A stretch of DNA of 64,000 nucleotides from Zootoca vivipara (GCF_963506605.1 NC_083286.1:51894001-51958000); one strand, 5' to 3'. Counted from the stretch's first letter, positions 1-12,544 are shown. A program made the numbers and translations. The notes: generated by a model from the sequence alone, not told the origin.

Positions 1-840
1 CAAAAACAGTCCTCTTCTCCCAGGCTGTTGGCTAATTAAACAATCTATGCCTTTTTAAACTGGGGGTGATATTATTTATGTTTGCAACTATGTTATGTAT
101 TTTTGTGTTTTTCTGATTGTAAACCACCTTCTGATCCTCAGATGAAGGATGGTACAGAAATTTAATACATCACCCTCATCCTCATCCTCATTTTATATTC
201 CTCTTTCCTGCCAAAATTTGCTCTTAAAGTCACTTACAGTTAAAATCCTGTGACCTGTGACCCCTTGGGGGGTGACTTGGGAGCCACATTTGTCCCTGGG
301 TCTGAAGTTTCCTATCTGTACCCAGCAGGTAGGCCTAAATAAATACTTCTCTCCCCTCCCTCCAATCTCCCTCTACATAATCAGTCCGTTTGGAAAGTTG
401 GCAATTATTATAATAAACGTGAACCCCACATTTCTGCCTTCTGCTCTGCAAAGCAGAGGATAGATTTAAATGAGCGATTCAACAGATACGCAGCCTGCAT
501 TCTTTTCTTTTTTAAAAAAATATGAATTAAGCTAAGGAGAATACTTTATTCATTTTCTCCTTCAATCTCGCTTGCAGGGCTGTCAGGAGGGGGGCGACGG
601 TGCTGCAGGGAGGTAGTGTACACAACTTGGTAATTACGAAGCCAAGCATGAGGAATTATCTAAATTACAGACAAGACATGTAAGGAATAAAGAACAAAGG
701 GTTCTCTGGGTGATCATCTTCTAGTAGCTAGCGAGGGATAATACTGTGAAGTGAGGGAGCGTCAGGGAAGAACTACAGGAAAATGGGAGAGAGGGAAGGG
801 AAAGCTTAGTCGGATCATTGGGTTCATCTAGCTCTGTACT

Positions 841-1475
841 TCCAGTTGCATCAAATGGTAATGTGCATGCCATCAAATACCCACGGTGCCCTTCAGCTCT
901 CTATATTGGACAAACAGGCCAAACCCTACGCCAAAGGATAAATGGACATAAATCTGACATCAGGAATCACAAGATAAGAGACACCAGTAGGAGAACACTT
1001 CAATCTCCCTATACAAGATCTCAAAGTAGATGGTTTATTACAGAAAAATTTCAGAAACAGACTGGAAAGAGAAGTTGCTGAATTGCAACTCATTACCAAG
1101 CTTAAAACCATGGAGAGACCTGGTCTGAATAAGGACACTGGATTCTTATCTCTTTATATATGATCAAGCTTTCTTTAGCACCTCAGCCCTTGTTTTTTCC
1201 TGCAAGCCCAATTGCAGTCGTTAACAGTCACCAACAGGTTTACCACTCCTATCAGCCAATCACCCATTCCCACCACCCTTCTGAGTAATACCCCTCCCCA
1301 CCCTCTGACTATACATAAGGGTCTGGTGACTTCTGTTTCAGTGTATCTGAAGAAGTGTGCATGCACACGAAAGCTCATACCTATGACAAACTTAGTTGGT
1401 CTCTAAGGTGCTACTGGAAGGATTTTTTAAATTTTGTTTTGACTACGTCAGACCAACACGGCTACCTACCTGTAA
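841..1475 (+). mobile_element. 5'-truncated Penelope-like element (GIY-YIG endonuclease C-terminus plus pLTR)
   Basis: ORF 818-1081 contains NVHAIKYPRCPSALYIGQTGQTLRQRINGHKSDIRN (GIY-YIG). Flanked by the 13-bp direct repeat CTAGCTCTGTACT (828-840, 1476-1488). Confidence 0.9.
1343..1380 (+). ncRNA. Minimal type I hammerhead ribozyme motif in Penelope pLTR
   Basis: GTAT-CTGAAGA-A-GTGTG(CATG)CACAC-GAAA-GCTC-ATAC: CUGANGA and GAAA cores, helix II GTGTG/CACAC, helix I GTAT/ATAC, palindromic AGCT in place of helix III. Confidence 0.75.
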
Positions 1476-2143
1476 CTAGCTCTGTACTGTTAACATTGAC
1501 TGGGAGAAGCTCTGCTTGATTTAAGATAGGGAACATTCCCAACCCGACTGGGAACATCCAGGGATCGGAGCTGAGACCTTCTGCATGCAAAGCAGATCCT
1601 CTACCAGCTGAGTTATGGCCCTTCCCCTGAACAGGATCCATGCTGATTTCGGATTTCTTCTCATGGGAAACCAGAATGGGATGAAGGAAGCATCAATGTG
1701 TTTGTAATAGAGTGTAAAGGATAAAAAAAGAATTGCTTGGAAAAAAACACAGATTAAAATAGGTTGGTATCTAAACAGAAACGTTAGGAAGGCTCCAGGG
1801 TTTGGCTCCAGGTCTTCCAGGTCCCCTCCAAAGCCAGGCCAAATAGAAACATCTCAATTCCCTCAAGAATGAACTTGGCTAGGCTAGATTCCCAGCAGGT
1901 GGGTTATTGTCACTTACTGGAAGGGAGCGAGGGAGAGGCAAGGTGGCAGGGAGCTTGGCACTGTGTAAAGGCACTCACTGGCAGGAATGTCTGATTGGCT
2001 CTGCTGTTGTGTTGCACGGTGCTCACCTCCCTACCACCTCTTTTTCCTGGTAAACATCAGTGGACCCACCTGCCAGCAGTGACTCTGCTTCTGCTTTTGA
2101 CTCCTATAGGTTTGCCAAATGTCCTTCTTTAGGTTTGCCTTTT

Positions 2144-2526
2144 AAAAAAGGTAAAGGACTCCTGAAAGTTAAGTCCAGTTGCACACAACTCTGGGGTTGC
2201 GGCACTTGTCTCGCTTTACAGGCCGAGGGAGCCGCTGTTTGTCCGCAGACTGTTTTTCCGGGTCATGTGGCCAGCATGACTAAGCCGCTTCTGGCGCAAC
2301 GGAACACCGAAACCAGAGCAGCACACGGAAACGCCGTTTACCTTCCCAATGGAGTGGTACCTATTTATCTACTTGCACTTTTTGACGTGCTTTCAGACTG
2401 CTAGGTTGGCAGGAGCTGGGACCGAGCAACGGGAGCTCACCCCGTTGCAGGGATTCAAACTGCCGACCTTCTGAACGACAAGCTCAAGAGGCTCAGTGGT
2501 TTAGACCACAGCGCCACCCATGTCCC
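2144..2526 (-). mobile_element. Sauria SINE
   Basis: Reverse complement of the GGGAC..GGTGGCGCTGTGG head with an AAAGGTAAAGG tail. TSD TAGG(T/C)TTGCCTTT on both sides. Confidence 0.92.
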
Positions 2527-2954
2527 TAGGCTTGCCTTTGGCAGTGGTTTAAAATGGAGAAACTTGCATGTAAATATTTTCATGGAATGGTGGGAAGCAG
2601 CAGTGGGACAGTCTATCCATGTGGATATTACACCACCAGTTGCGCTGTGCGTCAATAAGCCCCCCCAGGCCAAGCTTCCAGGCTTAAGGTTTTGGTGTCG
2701 ATGTATAAAACTGTAAACAACTTTGGGACCAGGATACCTGAAGGAGCACCTTTCTCTGCACCTGGGGTGGGGAATCTTTGTAGCTCCACAGGCCAGATCC
2801 TTATTAGGAGTAGCCTTATGGTCCACGTGGACATCCCTGGTAGCATCTGGTACATCTTGGAAATATAGGAATCTCTTAACTCCTCTCTCCTCCCCACCTC
2901 CCACCCCAACTGAAAGAACAAAAAGGTTCAATCTCCAGGTAAATTTGTTGGGAG

Positions 2955-3480
2955 TTGTTAAATACTCAGCTTGGAAGGAGACAGAGTCAGCATTGGTTCC
3001 AAAATTTCCTTTTATTTGCTCACACGAGGGTTAAACAACAACTCAACAACAACAACAAAAACCCCATACTGCGTGTGTGTCTGCCGGAGCTCAACTGCAG
3101 GCACGCGCCAAAACTCTCATCATGAGAAACGGCCTGTTGGTTAGCCTGCTTCTGATTGGAGTGTTCACCTCCTTAGCTCTTCTGTGATTGGTTGGGTTGC
3201 GCCAGGAGGCAGACCCTGTAAGGTGATTGAACAGCTCCTATTGGTCTCCATACATAACAGGAGTCAAGTGAATTCTGCTCTCAGAACACCTCTCTCTGTA
3301 ATGAAGAGGTGAGATATTATAGTTCTGGACCGTTAATGTTAATGGTCAGATCTTTATCTGTTGCTCCGATTAACTTCCCTCAGTGCATTTCCATCAGTAG
3401 AAATTAGCCAGTGTTAAAAAGGCTGTCAGGAACAATAGAAAAATGAAAAGCAAAAGGAAGTTGCAGCCTCCACCATTTTT
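2955..3480 (-). mobile_element. Possible solo LTR remnant
   Basis: Several CCAAT boxes (ATTGG at ~3156, ~3187, ~3240) upstream of an AATAAA (3011-3016) on the minus strand. Boundaries and TSD are not resolved. Confidence 0.35.
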
Positions 3481-4044
3481 TTATCATGCTTTATGATTCC
3501 TCATTCATTCCCTCCAGTTTCTAACTCTGGTCCTTATTTCGTCCACAGACCACACTTAAGGTTTGTGTTAAAAATGCAGGCTCCTGGCTGCTTTAACAGC
3601 CTGTTCTGTGATTCTGAGGAGAGAGTTGGTTGGGAATGAGTTAAAGAGGTAAACAGGAAAAGGGATGTGTATAAACAGTCTGATGAGCTGACTGGGGGGG
3701 GGAGCAGATTGAACTGTGCTGCACAGCGATTTATCACTTTGACTCTCACATTTTCCTCCCAAGGAACTCAAAGCATCTTATGCTTATCTCAAGTAGTCTC
3801 CATATCTGGACGACTTTTGCAGAATGCCCTGCACTTGCAGAATGCCAGACAAACCATAAGAATCCAGGCAACTTTTGTGGAATAGCCTTCCTTTGGAAGC
3901 TCTCTTGGCACTAGCAATTAATCCTTTTGGTACCCACTTCCAAGCTACAGCAGGTCTAGTGAGTTTTCCAAGGGTGGCAAATAGGATACCCCTCAGCTCA
4001 CAGTTCTTTCTCTAGCCTCTGCCTACTCCTCTTCCTGCAGCCTC

Positions 4045-4176
4045 NNNNNNNNNNNNNNNNNNNNNNNNNNNNNNNNNNNNNNNNNNNNNNNNNNNNNNNN
4101 NNNNNNNNNNNNNNNNNNNNNNNNNNNNNNNNNNNNNNNNNNNNNNNNNNNNNNNNNNNNNNNNNNNNNNNNNNNN
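4045..4176. other. Assembly gap (132 N)
   Basis: Run of N characters. Confidence 1.
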
Positions 4177-4700
4177 ATCTAAGTTTGGCATTACTTATCC
4201 AGCACCCTTCCTTTGGACTGTATGACTGGCCCACCCCAAACCCTTACCAAACTATGAAATCACAAAGGCCGGGAAACAAAACCAGACTTTGGAGAAACAA
4301 GACATGGTTTGTCTGATTGTCTGTGGGGCAACTCATGGTTTTTTTTAAAGCAAACCACAGCTTAGCATTACAGGCAAACCAGGAATCTGAATAACAGTGG
4401 ATCTTTACAATGTAAGACAGAGGTTTTTCTTAGCCCTGCTTTCTGTCCAGCCAAGCTTCGTGAGAACCTTTAGCTGGAGATGCCAAGATTGAATGTGACC
4501 TTCTTACCCTGGAATGCTGAGTTATACTAGGAGGATGCCTACAAAACCTTCAGAAGAGGTTTTTGTAGTTAATTAAATATTTGACTTCTTCCTCCTCCCC
4601 GTGCAGCAAGAAGGGGTGCTCTTTAAAAAATACAAAAATAACATGTAATTGGAAATGATCATTGTCACTCGATAATGATGATATCCTGCTGCAAAGACAA

Positions 4701-4705
<5 letters not shown>

Positions 4706-4751
<46 letters not shown>
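4706..4751. repeat. (TA)n microsatellite
   Basis: Direct read. Confidence 0.98.
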
Positions 4752-4753
<2 letters not shown>

Positions 4754-5052
4754 GAGATGTTTAGGCATTTTGATTGCAAGGAGAAGGGCAGAATGACCCT
4801 CTTCCCATCCCCAAATCCAATTTCAGATAGGATATTAGCTGCCTGCCAAGCCAATTACACCAAAACAACATAACAATTATTAAAAACCCAATGTGGAACA
4901 ATTCTAAGAAAACAAAGCTGGGCAATGTAATGAGTCACTTATATACCAGATGCCAAAAAGTCCGCTATCTAGCAAGCTGAATGGTGTAGAGTGAGATGTT
5001 TTTCTCCCTCTGTAATAATGTTAGAACTTGGAAACAAACTATTGAATTAAGA

Positions 5053-5445
5053 GCATAAGAACACAAAAAGAAAGTGGCCAGCATCCTGTTCTCACAGTGG
5101 CCAACCAGGTGCTTGTAAGAAGTCCTTTTCTTTCCTGCAGTTTCCAACAATTGGTTTTCAGAGAAGCATGCTGCCTCTGGCAGGGGAGGTAGAACATACC
5201 CAACAGTAGCCACTGATTAGTCTTAAATCCATAGCCTTTAAATCTTTTAAAGACATCCAAGTCAGTGGCCGTAACTGCATAGCTGCCAAGTTATCCCTTT
5301 TTTTAAGGGAAATTCCCTTATGCTGAATAGGCTTCCTCGTGAGAAAAGGGAAAACTTGGCAGCTATGCATAACTGCCTCTTGTAGGGATGAATTCCATAA
5401 ATTTGTACTGTGTGAAGAAGCACTTTCCTTTGTCTGTCCTGAATT
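5053..5445 (-). mobile_element. CR1 LINE 3' fragment, interrupted by a 90-bp hAT MITE
   Basis: CATAAGAAC...GCATCCTGTTCTCACAGTGGCCAACCAG...GAATTCCATAA..TGTGTGAAGAAG, typical of a reverse CR1 3' end. Confidence 0.65.
5278..5367. mobile_element. 90-bp hAT MITE (CATAGCTGCCAAGT TIR family)
   Basis: TIRs CATAGCTGCCAAGTT/AACTTGGCAGCTATG. 8-bp TSD CGTAACTG/CATAACTG (one CpG-type change). Confidence 0.9.
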
Positions 5446-5576
5446 GCAACGTAACCTGTAACTCAGTCTAAATACTGCAGAGAAAACTCACAAACCACTT
5501 CCCTGCTTAACCCTGCCTCCTTTTCCTACCCCTTCCCCTCTAAAGGGATCTGAAGGTCTCAGGATTCTGCAGTGGA

Positions 5577-6205
5577 GTTACGATCCATCTGGATTGAATC
5601 AGGTGCACCTGCTATGGAATCCAGGTTCTGAGGATTCTTCCCAGATCCCTCACCCTCACCCTTCCAAAGCCAGCAGACATATAGAGATACATTCATAATC
5701 CCCCCCACCAGTCAGAGTGGGTGCCAGAATCAGGTAAACAATAAGGCACAAGGTGTCAGTGAAGATAATTCTTTATTCAAAGAAATAATACAGGTTCAGG
5801 CCTAGTGAGCTCAACTCTTCCCAGTAGAGGCAGTTGTAAAGACTGAAGGTCCTTTCCACAGCTTCCTAAGTCTCCTCCTCCCCCAGGTCCTTGCCAAGCA
5901 ATCTGAGACTCTGACCCCTTGTTTGTTTTTGCTCTGCCCTCTTCCTGCCTCTTCTGGTTCTGGGAGACCAGGGTGGAGGGGAGCTGGTCACAGCAGGAGG
6001 GGAGACTCCCTGACTTCTTCAGAATCCTGCTTCATCTTTGCCTCTTGCACGCCTTCTCTCCATCCTCTGCTTCTGGACTGCTCTCTGCCGCAGCCTCTTC
6101 CTGCTCACTAAGCCCTGTTCCCTTTTCAAACACCTCCTTCTCCCAGTCTGACCCTTCTTCTTCCTCTGAGCACTCACCACCAATCCCTGGCTTTGAGCAT
6201 TACAA
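5577..6205 (-). mobile_element. Probable solo LTR (Gypsy-like)
   Basis: On the minus strand it begins TG(TTG)TAATG, has a purine-rich U3-like part, an AATAAA (5772-5777) and ends near ...CGTAAC. No clean TSD. Confidence 0.5.
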
Positions 6206-6929
6206 CACCCCCCATTCCAGTGTGTTCATCAAGAACCAAGAAGACAGCTTTGAGCATAAGCACATGCACCACTGCACATCTCTTTGTGAACTGCACATTA
6301 CCTGTTATTATTTCAGCCCCCCGGCAGATTTTCTGATCCTATTACTTTGGAAATGACTAAGAGAAACAGTGATGTCGGTTGCCCCCCCCCTCCTTTCTGC
6401 AGTCCTATCGCCATCAGTAGCCAGCGAGGGAAATGGAGGACCTAGAGGAGAGTGGCGTTCTCTGCTTCTCGTCCACTGCAGTCAAGGTGTTTTATATGGT
6501 CATTTGTAGTTTGGGCCATAAAAACAATGGAGCATATAATAAGGAGTCTCCGTTTCATTGAACGAGACCTTGAAGCTACTGTGAGGAAGTTCTTTTGGAA
6601 CATTGCTGTGATGCAGCGATTACTTTTGGTTAAGCGAGTGAGCAATCGGGGAACAGGGATGGGCTCATTGCCGAAGTGCACCAGTGCCTTTGGCCTACTT
6701 TTCTCGGTACTTTGGGTAGCTAAAGATCCCTGCAGTTAAAAACAGTCAACTTTCCAAGCTGAAAAGGTTCTTGATAAATGCCACTCTCTTTTCCTTACCT
6801 TGTCAGCAAATAACACTGTTGCTCCCGAGTTTTTTCCTCTCTCTCTCTCTCAGCCATCTGCATGCCAGTCTCAGGGTTCACCAGCATAGCAACTGTTGGC
6901 ATATTGCGTCTTCCATCAAAGAGGGCATG

Positions 6930-7606
6930 TGTTGCGGTGAGACCTGGCAACCAAACCCTTGTGTTGTGGGTGGGTACGATTGGATAGCCACAACACCCGA
7001 TTGGTAGGTCCCTTGTTGCTGGGTTTAATCTGACCAATGGAATGCTGACCAAACTGATCAAGGGACCTATATATACCCATGCACGTGACTCAGGGTTTCC
7101 TCTTTTGGTCAGTGCATCGGAACACCCACCCACCTCTCCCTACTTTTAGGGCTTGCACGCTTGACCTTGCTATGCCATCGTGTGTCGTCTGTCGTTGGGA
7201 CAGGGGCACAGCAGGAATTTTTCCCACTTGGCTGATTGGCTGGTGCCATTTGGGTTTTGCCTGCCGCATAGCAAATCGTCACAACTTGTAAGGTTGCAGA
7301 TAGGCATCCCTATGTGAAAGGGTATTCCGTTAAAGGAATCCAGGGACTCAATGGTTTGGTCAACCCTGGGTGGTGGACATAGCATGTCCCTGGCTTTCCA
7401 CTATTCCAGGTGTTCACCCTTGGCTGACCTACGATAGAGCTCTGGGTCAGCGCTACCTGCAAGGGTGCAGGGAGCTAGTCGAACCAGAGCCTATGCAACC
7501 ACTCACTTGCTGTAATCAATAAAGTTGTGCCCTAAATTCTGCCAAATACCAATCCAAAATTTGAGTCATGTCTGAATTTATTTAGGGGGAGGTCCTCTGG
7601 CAACTT
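6930..7606 (+). mobile_element. LTR-like element with promoter and poly(A) signals
   Basis: TGTTGC...GCAAC termini, CCAAT boxes, TATATATA 7068-7075, AATAAA 7518-7523. GCATG occurs near both ends. Confidence 0.6.
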
Positions 7607-7655
7607 GAGCATGGTTTAACCATGGACTGGTGACATACAGATAATCAATGGGGAT

Positions 7656-8064
7656 CAGTGCTGGATTTACATATAAGTTAAACAAGCTATAGCTTAGGGC
7701 CCCACTCTCTTGGGGGCCCCCAAAAAAATTAAAGGAAAAAAACTTGAATGTACATTTACAAAATATAAGATAAAAACAAATAAAATAAAACCTACATACA
7801 GCAACAGTGTTTTGTGTTGTGTAGGCTCCTTTGATGTAAGCCTTTTAGCCTGCTTTGCTTCCTAAAATATCACTTTGATAAAATACATATTTTGTTATGT
7901 GCAAATGGCTTTAAATACCCATTAGGTCCATAAATTACCATATAGCACATATGCAACACACAAAAAACAGCGACAATTTGTTGTTGACAAAGGACAGCTG
8001 GACATATAAAGGGCCCCATTACCTTCAGTAGCTTAGGGCCTCATCAAACCTAAATCCGGCCCTG
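7656..8064. mobile_element. Non-autonomous hAT element
   Basis: TIRs CAGTGCTGGATTTA/TAAATCCGGCCCTG. Perfect 8-bp TSD ATGGGGAT. Confidence 0.9.
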
Positions 8065-8207
8065 ATGGGGATGATGATGGCACGATCAGGGAAAATCAAT
8101 AGGCTCTCTTTTGAGCCTGAAAACTAGCACAGTCCCCTTTGACCTCCACTCTGTATCCCTGACCAGATCCCCACAAGTGACTTTCGCATGCAGATCCTAA
8201 AGTTCCT

Positions 8208-8550
8208 GTAGTAGTAGTAGTAGTAGTAGTAGTAGTTATACCCCACCCATCTGATTGAGTTGTATCAGCCACTCTGGGCAACTTCCAACACATAAAAAAA
8301 ATAAAACATCAAACATCAAAAAACTTCCCTATGCAAGGTTGCCTTCACATGTCTTTTAAAAGTCAGATAGTTCTTTATTTCCTTAACATATGAAGGGAGG
8401 GCATTCCGCAGGGACGGCGCCACTACTGAGAAGGCCCTCTGCCTGGTTCCCTGTGACTTCACTTCTCACAGTGAGGGAACTGTCAGAAGACCCTCAGAGG
8501 TGAACCTCAATGTCTGGGCTGAACAATGGGGGTGGAGACACTCCTTCAGG
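8208..8550 (-). mobile_element. L2 LINE 3' fragment with (GTA)n tail
   Basis: TTATACCCCACCCATCTG...GCCACTCTGGGC 3'-end motif and GAAGGCCCTCTGCCTGGTTCCC, the reverse of the 42980-43355 copy. Confidence 0.7.
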
Positions 8551-9669
8551 TCTTTGACAGAATAAAAATGATCTGTGTAATAAACTCAACCAGGTTCCAA
8601 AAGAGCTCTTGGTAGAATTCAAACTGCTATATTTCATCTCACAAAGAATTGATTGGAGTGAGTCTTGCAGATCTCGTTTTGGAGGGGGGTATTCCAAAGG
8701 GCAACCAACCTGTCAATCTCACGCTGTCATTATGATGTCAGATGATGGCTTCAAAGGGGTTCGGTCTTAGTGCCAGTAGTGGATCAGCATTGAGGGTGAG
8801 CTCCTTTGAAGGTGTGGTGTCAGTGCCAATCAGTGGAGGGGCGTTGCTAGAGAGCCCGCCCTGAAATTCAATTGCAAGTGCAGTTCAGATTGAACTTGTG
8901 GCTGCAATGGCACACCTTCCTGTAAAACAGCTAAAATAAATTGGGCAATGTATAGCTTGCTTGGCTGGCTTTGTGATATCTGCCTGTCTCTTTCTGGATG
9001 TTCTGCATGCAGTTGTCTCGCCTCTGATTAGGCCTCTGCCTCTCTGACTTGTTTTAGTTGTGAGATGCCCTCATTTTACCTTCAAGCAGAAAGGCCATTG
9101 GCAATGCATAAGGCGCTGAGAAGAATGTGCAAACACAAGTTTGAATGAATCCATCACCAGAGCATTTTGATTGCTGAAGTGCAGGCCAATAGCTGTATGC
9201 AAATGTTAAGTACATTATTGTTGATGGAAAACTTCGAGACGAGCGGCTTGTATTTTTATCTTGTGGTCCATTTGCATCATAACCGAGCAGCTTTATGTCA
9301 TTTTTATATGCGAATTTGCAGGCGGAAATGCAGGACAGAAAGCTTCTTAATAGACCAAAGTTCTGTTATTGTTTAATCCTTGGATAACACAAATCCTGAA
9401 CAAAACATAATTAAGTTGCACAGATTCCTTGGCTGTAAAATGTCTGGGATCTGTTAAATACAGAAACATTATGGTGAAGCATTGATTGTGGTTCCACGCC
9501 CCCCCCCCCCCCTGTGTTTTCAATATCTACTGGTCTTCTAGCCATTAACGGTCTTCTACCATTAATGGTCTTCTTCCATTAAATACATATGGTGTGGTAG
9601 ATTGCAGATATTAATATTATGCAGCATGAAGTGACTGGATGCATAAAAACTGAGTCCTTTTGAAAATAA

Positions 9670-9850
9670 AGCATTTCTGACAGTATGATCTATTTGACAG
9701 TGGAATGGTCTCTCTTGGCAGGTTGTGGACTCTCCTTCCTTGGAGGTTATTAAGCAGAGGCTGGATGGCCATCTGTCATGGATACATTGCAGGGGGTTGG
9801 ACTACATGACCCTTGAGGTCCCTTCCAACTCTACAATTCTACGATTCTAT
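9670..9850 (+). mobile_element. CR1 LINE 3' end
   Basis: TCTCCTTCCTTGGAGG..AAGCAGAGGCTGGATGGCCATCTG..CCCTTCCAACTCTACAATTCTACGATTCTA tail. Confidence 0.8.
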
Positions 9851-9866
9851 AGGATCAGGTCAAGTA

Positions 9867-10004
9867 CCATATTTTCCTGTGTATAAGACTAGGTTTCCCC
9901 CCGAAAAAGAATGTCCAAAATCTGGGGGCATCTTATACACAGATAGATTTTCTTAAACTGGAGCCCTCCCAAAATAGGGGGCATCTTATAGACGGGAAAA
10001 TACA
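9867..10004. mobile_element. Short Tc1/mariner(pogo)-type MITE
   Basis: Imperfect TIRs CCATATTTTCCTGTGTATAAGA / TCTTATAGACGGGAAAATACAG. Confidence 0.6.
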
Positions 10005-10571
10005 GAATGTATTATTGATGGGACAGGCATACACCTAGGAACTCAGAGGAGGGCAAGCGGCAGCAGAGGCAGCTGACGCATTGCATCCCAGTTGCCTAAA
10101 AAAAATTCAAGAGCACCTTTGATTTCTGCTTCCATCACAGGGGACGGCAGGCTTCAGTGCCAGTTTTCTGAGAACCTTCTTTGTTGGCCTTTAAAATAAT
10201 TCCCCACTGAGCAGCTAAAACATGGAAATGCTTCTAGCTTTCTCTTTTCAGACATCACAGACTTTGTAAAGTGGAATCCCACTGAAGATTGCAAAAAAGT
10301 TGTGTTTTTAGTCATGTTTTCTATCAAGGTCAAAAGAAGTGACGCCCCAATTGGGTCCTTACAGTTGTCCTCTTCCTGCAAACAAGCTGGTGTTCAGGAT
10401 GACCAGATTTTTAAAAAATAAATAAATCCAAGGATGCATAGCAGGACAAAAACCAAACAAACCCATACCTAATGACTGTTCTAGATTTCTTATGCCCATT
10501 TATTTGGGAGTAATTATGTACCTCTTTTGCACATTATTATATGTATATTATATGGGTATGATACATATATA

Positions 10572-10820
10572 CAGTCGTATCTTGGATCTGGAACTCCTTG
10601 TGAGTTGAACTTTTGGCTTCTGAACGCCGCCAACCCAGAAGTGAGTGTTCTGGTTTGCAAACGTTCTTTGGAACCCGAATATTCCTCGTTGCTTCCACGG
10701 CTTCCAATTGGCTGGAGGAGCTTCCTGCAGCCAATCGTAAGCCACACCTTGGTTTCCGAATGTTTTGGAAGTCGAACAGACTTCTGGAACAGATTCCATT
10801 CGGCTTCTGAGGTACCACTG
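10572..10820. mobile_element. Tc1/mariner(Tigger)-type MITE
   Basis: TA-CAGTCGTATCTT...GAGGTACCACTG-TA termini. Confidence 0.8.
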
Positions 10821-10824
10821 TACA

Positions 10825-11268
10825 CAGAGCCGTCTTTTCCATACGGCTTAGTGGTTCATTGCGCCAGGGCGACGGCCTCTCAGGGGCCCCCGGGCGAGTG
10901 GTCGAACTGCATGGCATTGCCGGCAGCCTCCCCTTTCCCTGCATGCCCGCCACCTGCACCCTGTCAACCATATGGCTGGCGGGCATGCAGCTTGCCTCCC
11001 AAGCCTCCGTGGGAGGAGAGCGATCCCTGCAGAGGCTTAGGATGGGAGCTGCACCCCACCAACTATATGGCTGGCGGGTGCGCAGCTTCCCTCCCAAGCC
11101 CCTGCAGGGATTGCTTTCCTGCAGCAGCATGGGGGAGAGTTGCATGCACACACCCCCACACCCATTGCTGGCAGTGCACAGCTTCATGCCCCCCCCCCAT
11201 CCATGGTAATTTGGGGTCGTTGAGCGGATATTTGCACCCCGGTGCCGCATCTGCTAAAGACTGCCCTG
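10825..11268. mobile_element. GC-rich non-autonomous hAT element (444 bp)
   Basis: TIRs CAGAGCCGTCTTT/AAAGACTGCCCTG. Perfect 8-bp TSD ACTGTACA (10817-10824, 11269-11276). Confidence 0.88.
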
Positions 11269-12544
11269 ACTGTACACTCCAGGTTTGCTAAAGTAACTTT
11301 CACATACACAACAGACAACATTGCATATAATTATATTAGAGTGAGGCATGGGGCCTGACATACATGCACACACACATTTTTGCATATCATTTTCATGTAG
11401 TTAATTGGGCTTTTTAAAAAGAAATCTGGGAATTCATGAGAAGCTTGAACATAAGTGACTGGTTACTCCAAGTTTGCTTCATTTGAGCAGTCTAATTTGT
11501 TATGTGTATATTAATGTGATTTTGGTGGGGGAGTCAGAAATCCTTCCTAATCTAGTGCAACTCGCCACCAGATTTCCAGAATCAACACTTGACTCTTCCT
11601 GTTGGTTCATGTTAAAATCTACTAATTGAATCATTGATTTGTGGCTACTAGAGATAGAAGAAGAAAATGAGTTCCATAACCAACTTCCTTTCAGATCTTT
11701 TTTTTTTAAATGCACAGATTTCTCTAGATTTGGTGATGTCCCCCAAAATATGTATTTTATGTGAACAATGTGTACAAAAGGCATGTTTTAGGGAAAATAC
11801 ATAAAAAAGCATTTCAATCCATTGTAAAATGTACAGGTATATTTCCCAATGCATTTCATTTTGCATTTGAGATGCATACAATTCAGAGTGCACATGAGCT
11901 GTGTACATTTTGCACACAGATTTTTAGTGTATTCTTTTGGAATAGGACCTATGACTGTGTGCCAGCAAAATGAACATGGAACATCCATCCCTCAGTGTTG
12001 TTTATCCACTTATCTCCAGTTGTACCTTTATGCATTGGTTGATCTTTATTTTGTGTAATAGTTTACATTAATCTTTCTCTCTTTTTTGAATTTTTCATTT
12101 GCCAGTAATATCTCAGCTCTCCAGTTTATCAAGATAACATTTGAATCATGGCTACAGCCTTCTTATCACGTGAAGAAGAGGAGCGTGCTAGCATGTGATA
12201 AAGCTTATCACTTGCTAAGCTAGCATATGAAAGGACCCTTGGAAACAACCCAAGTCACAGACCCGGGAGAGGGATTCTCTGCCTTTGGCCAAGTACATTT
12301 CTATGCCAAGATCTCCCTCTGTAGTCATGTCTCTTGATAAAAGATAAACCAAGGCATCTCTCTCACTGTCGCTCCAGTGCTTTCCCACTTCCTGTGGATT
12401 CCAACTGGAGCCACTGTGGAACAATGGTTTAAGAAATGCCATGTGCAACAAGTGTGTGGGAAAGCTCTAGTGTCTCCCGTTTACGGCTTTCCAGGTACTA
12501 TTCACCCACATTAAGTGCTGTGCTGAGCATTTCTTTGTTTTGAC

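Larger units (their letters stand above)
800..1625 (-). mobile_element. tRNA-derived squamate SINE (Squam3-like), split by the Penelope insertion
   Basis: Reverse tRNA-like head (GACCTTCTGCATGCAAAGCAGATCCTCTACCAGCTGAGTTATGGCCC) at ~1575-1622. The body continues across the Penelope TSD. Confidence 0.6.

Noticed and set aside
10527-11291. 254-aa ORF and the antisense 237-aa ORF
   Set aside because: They span two adjacent MITEs with TIRs and TSDs; this is GC-rich stop-poor sequence with no recognisable domain.
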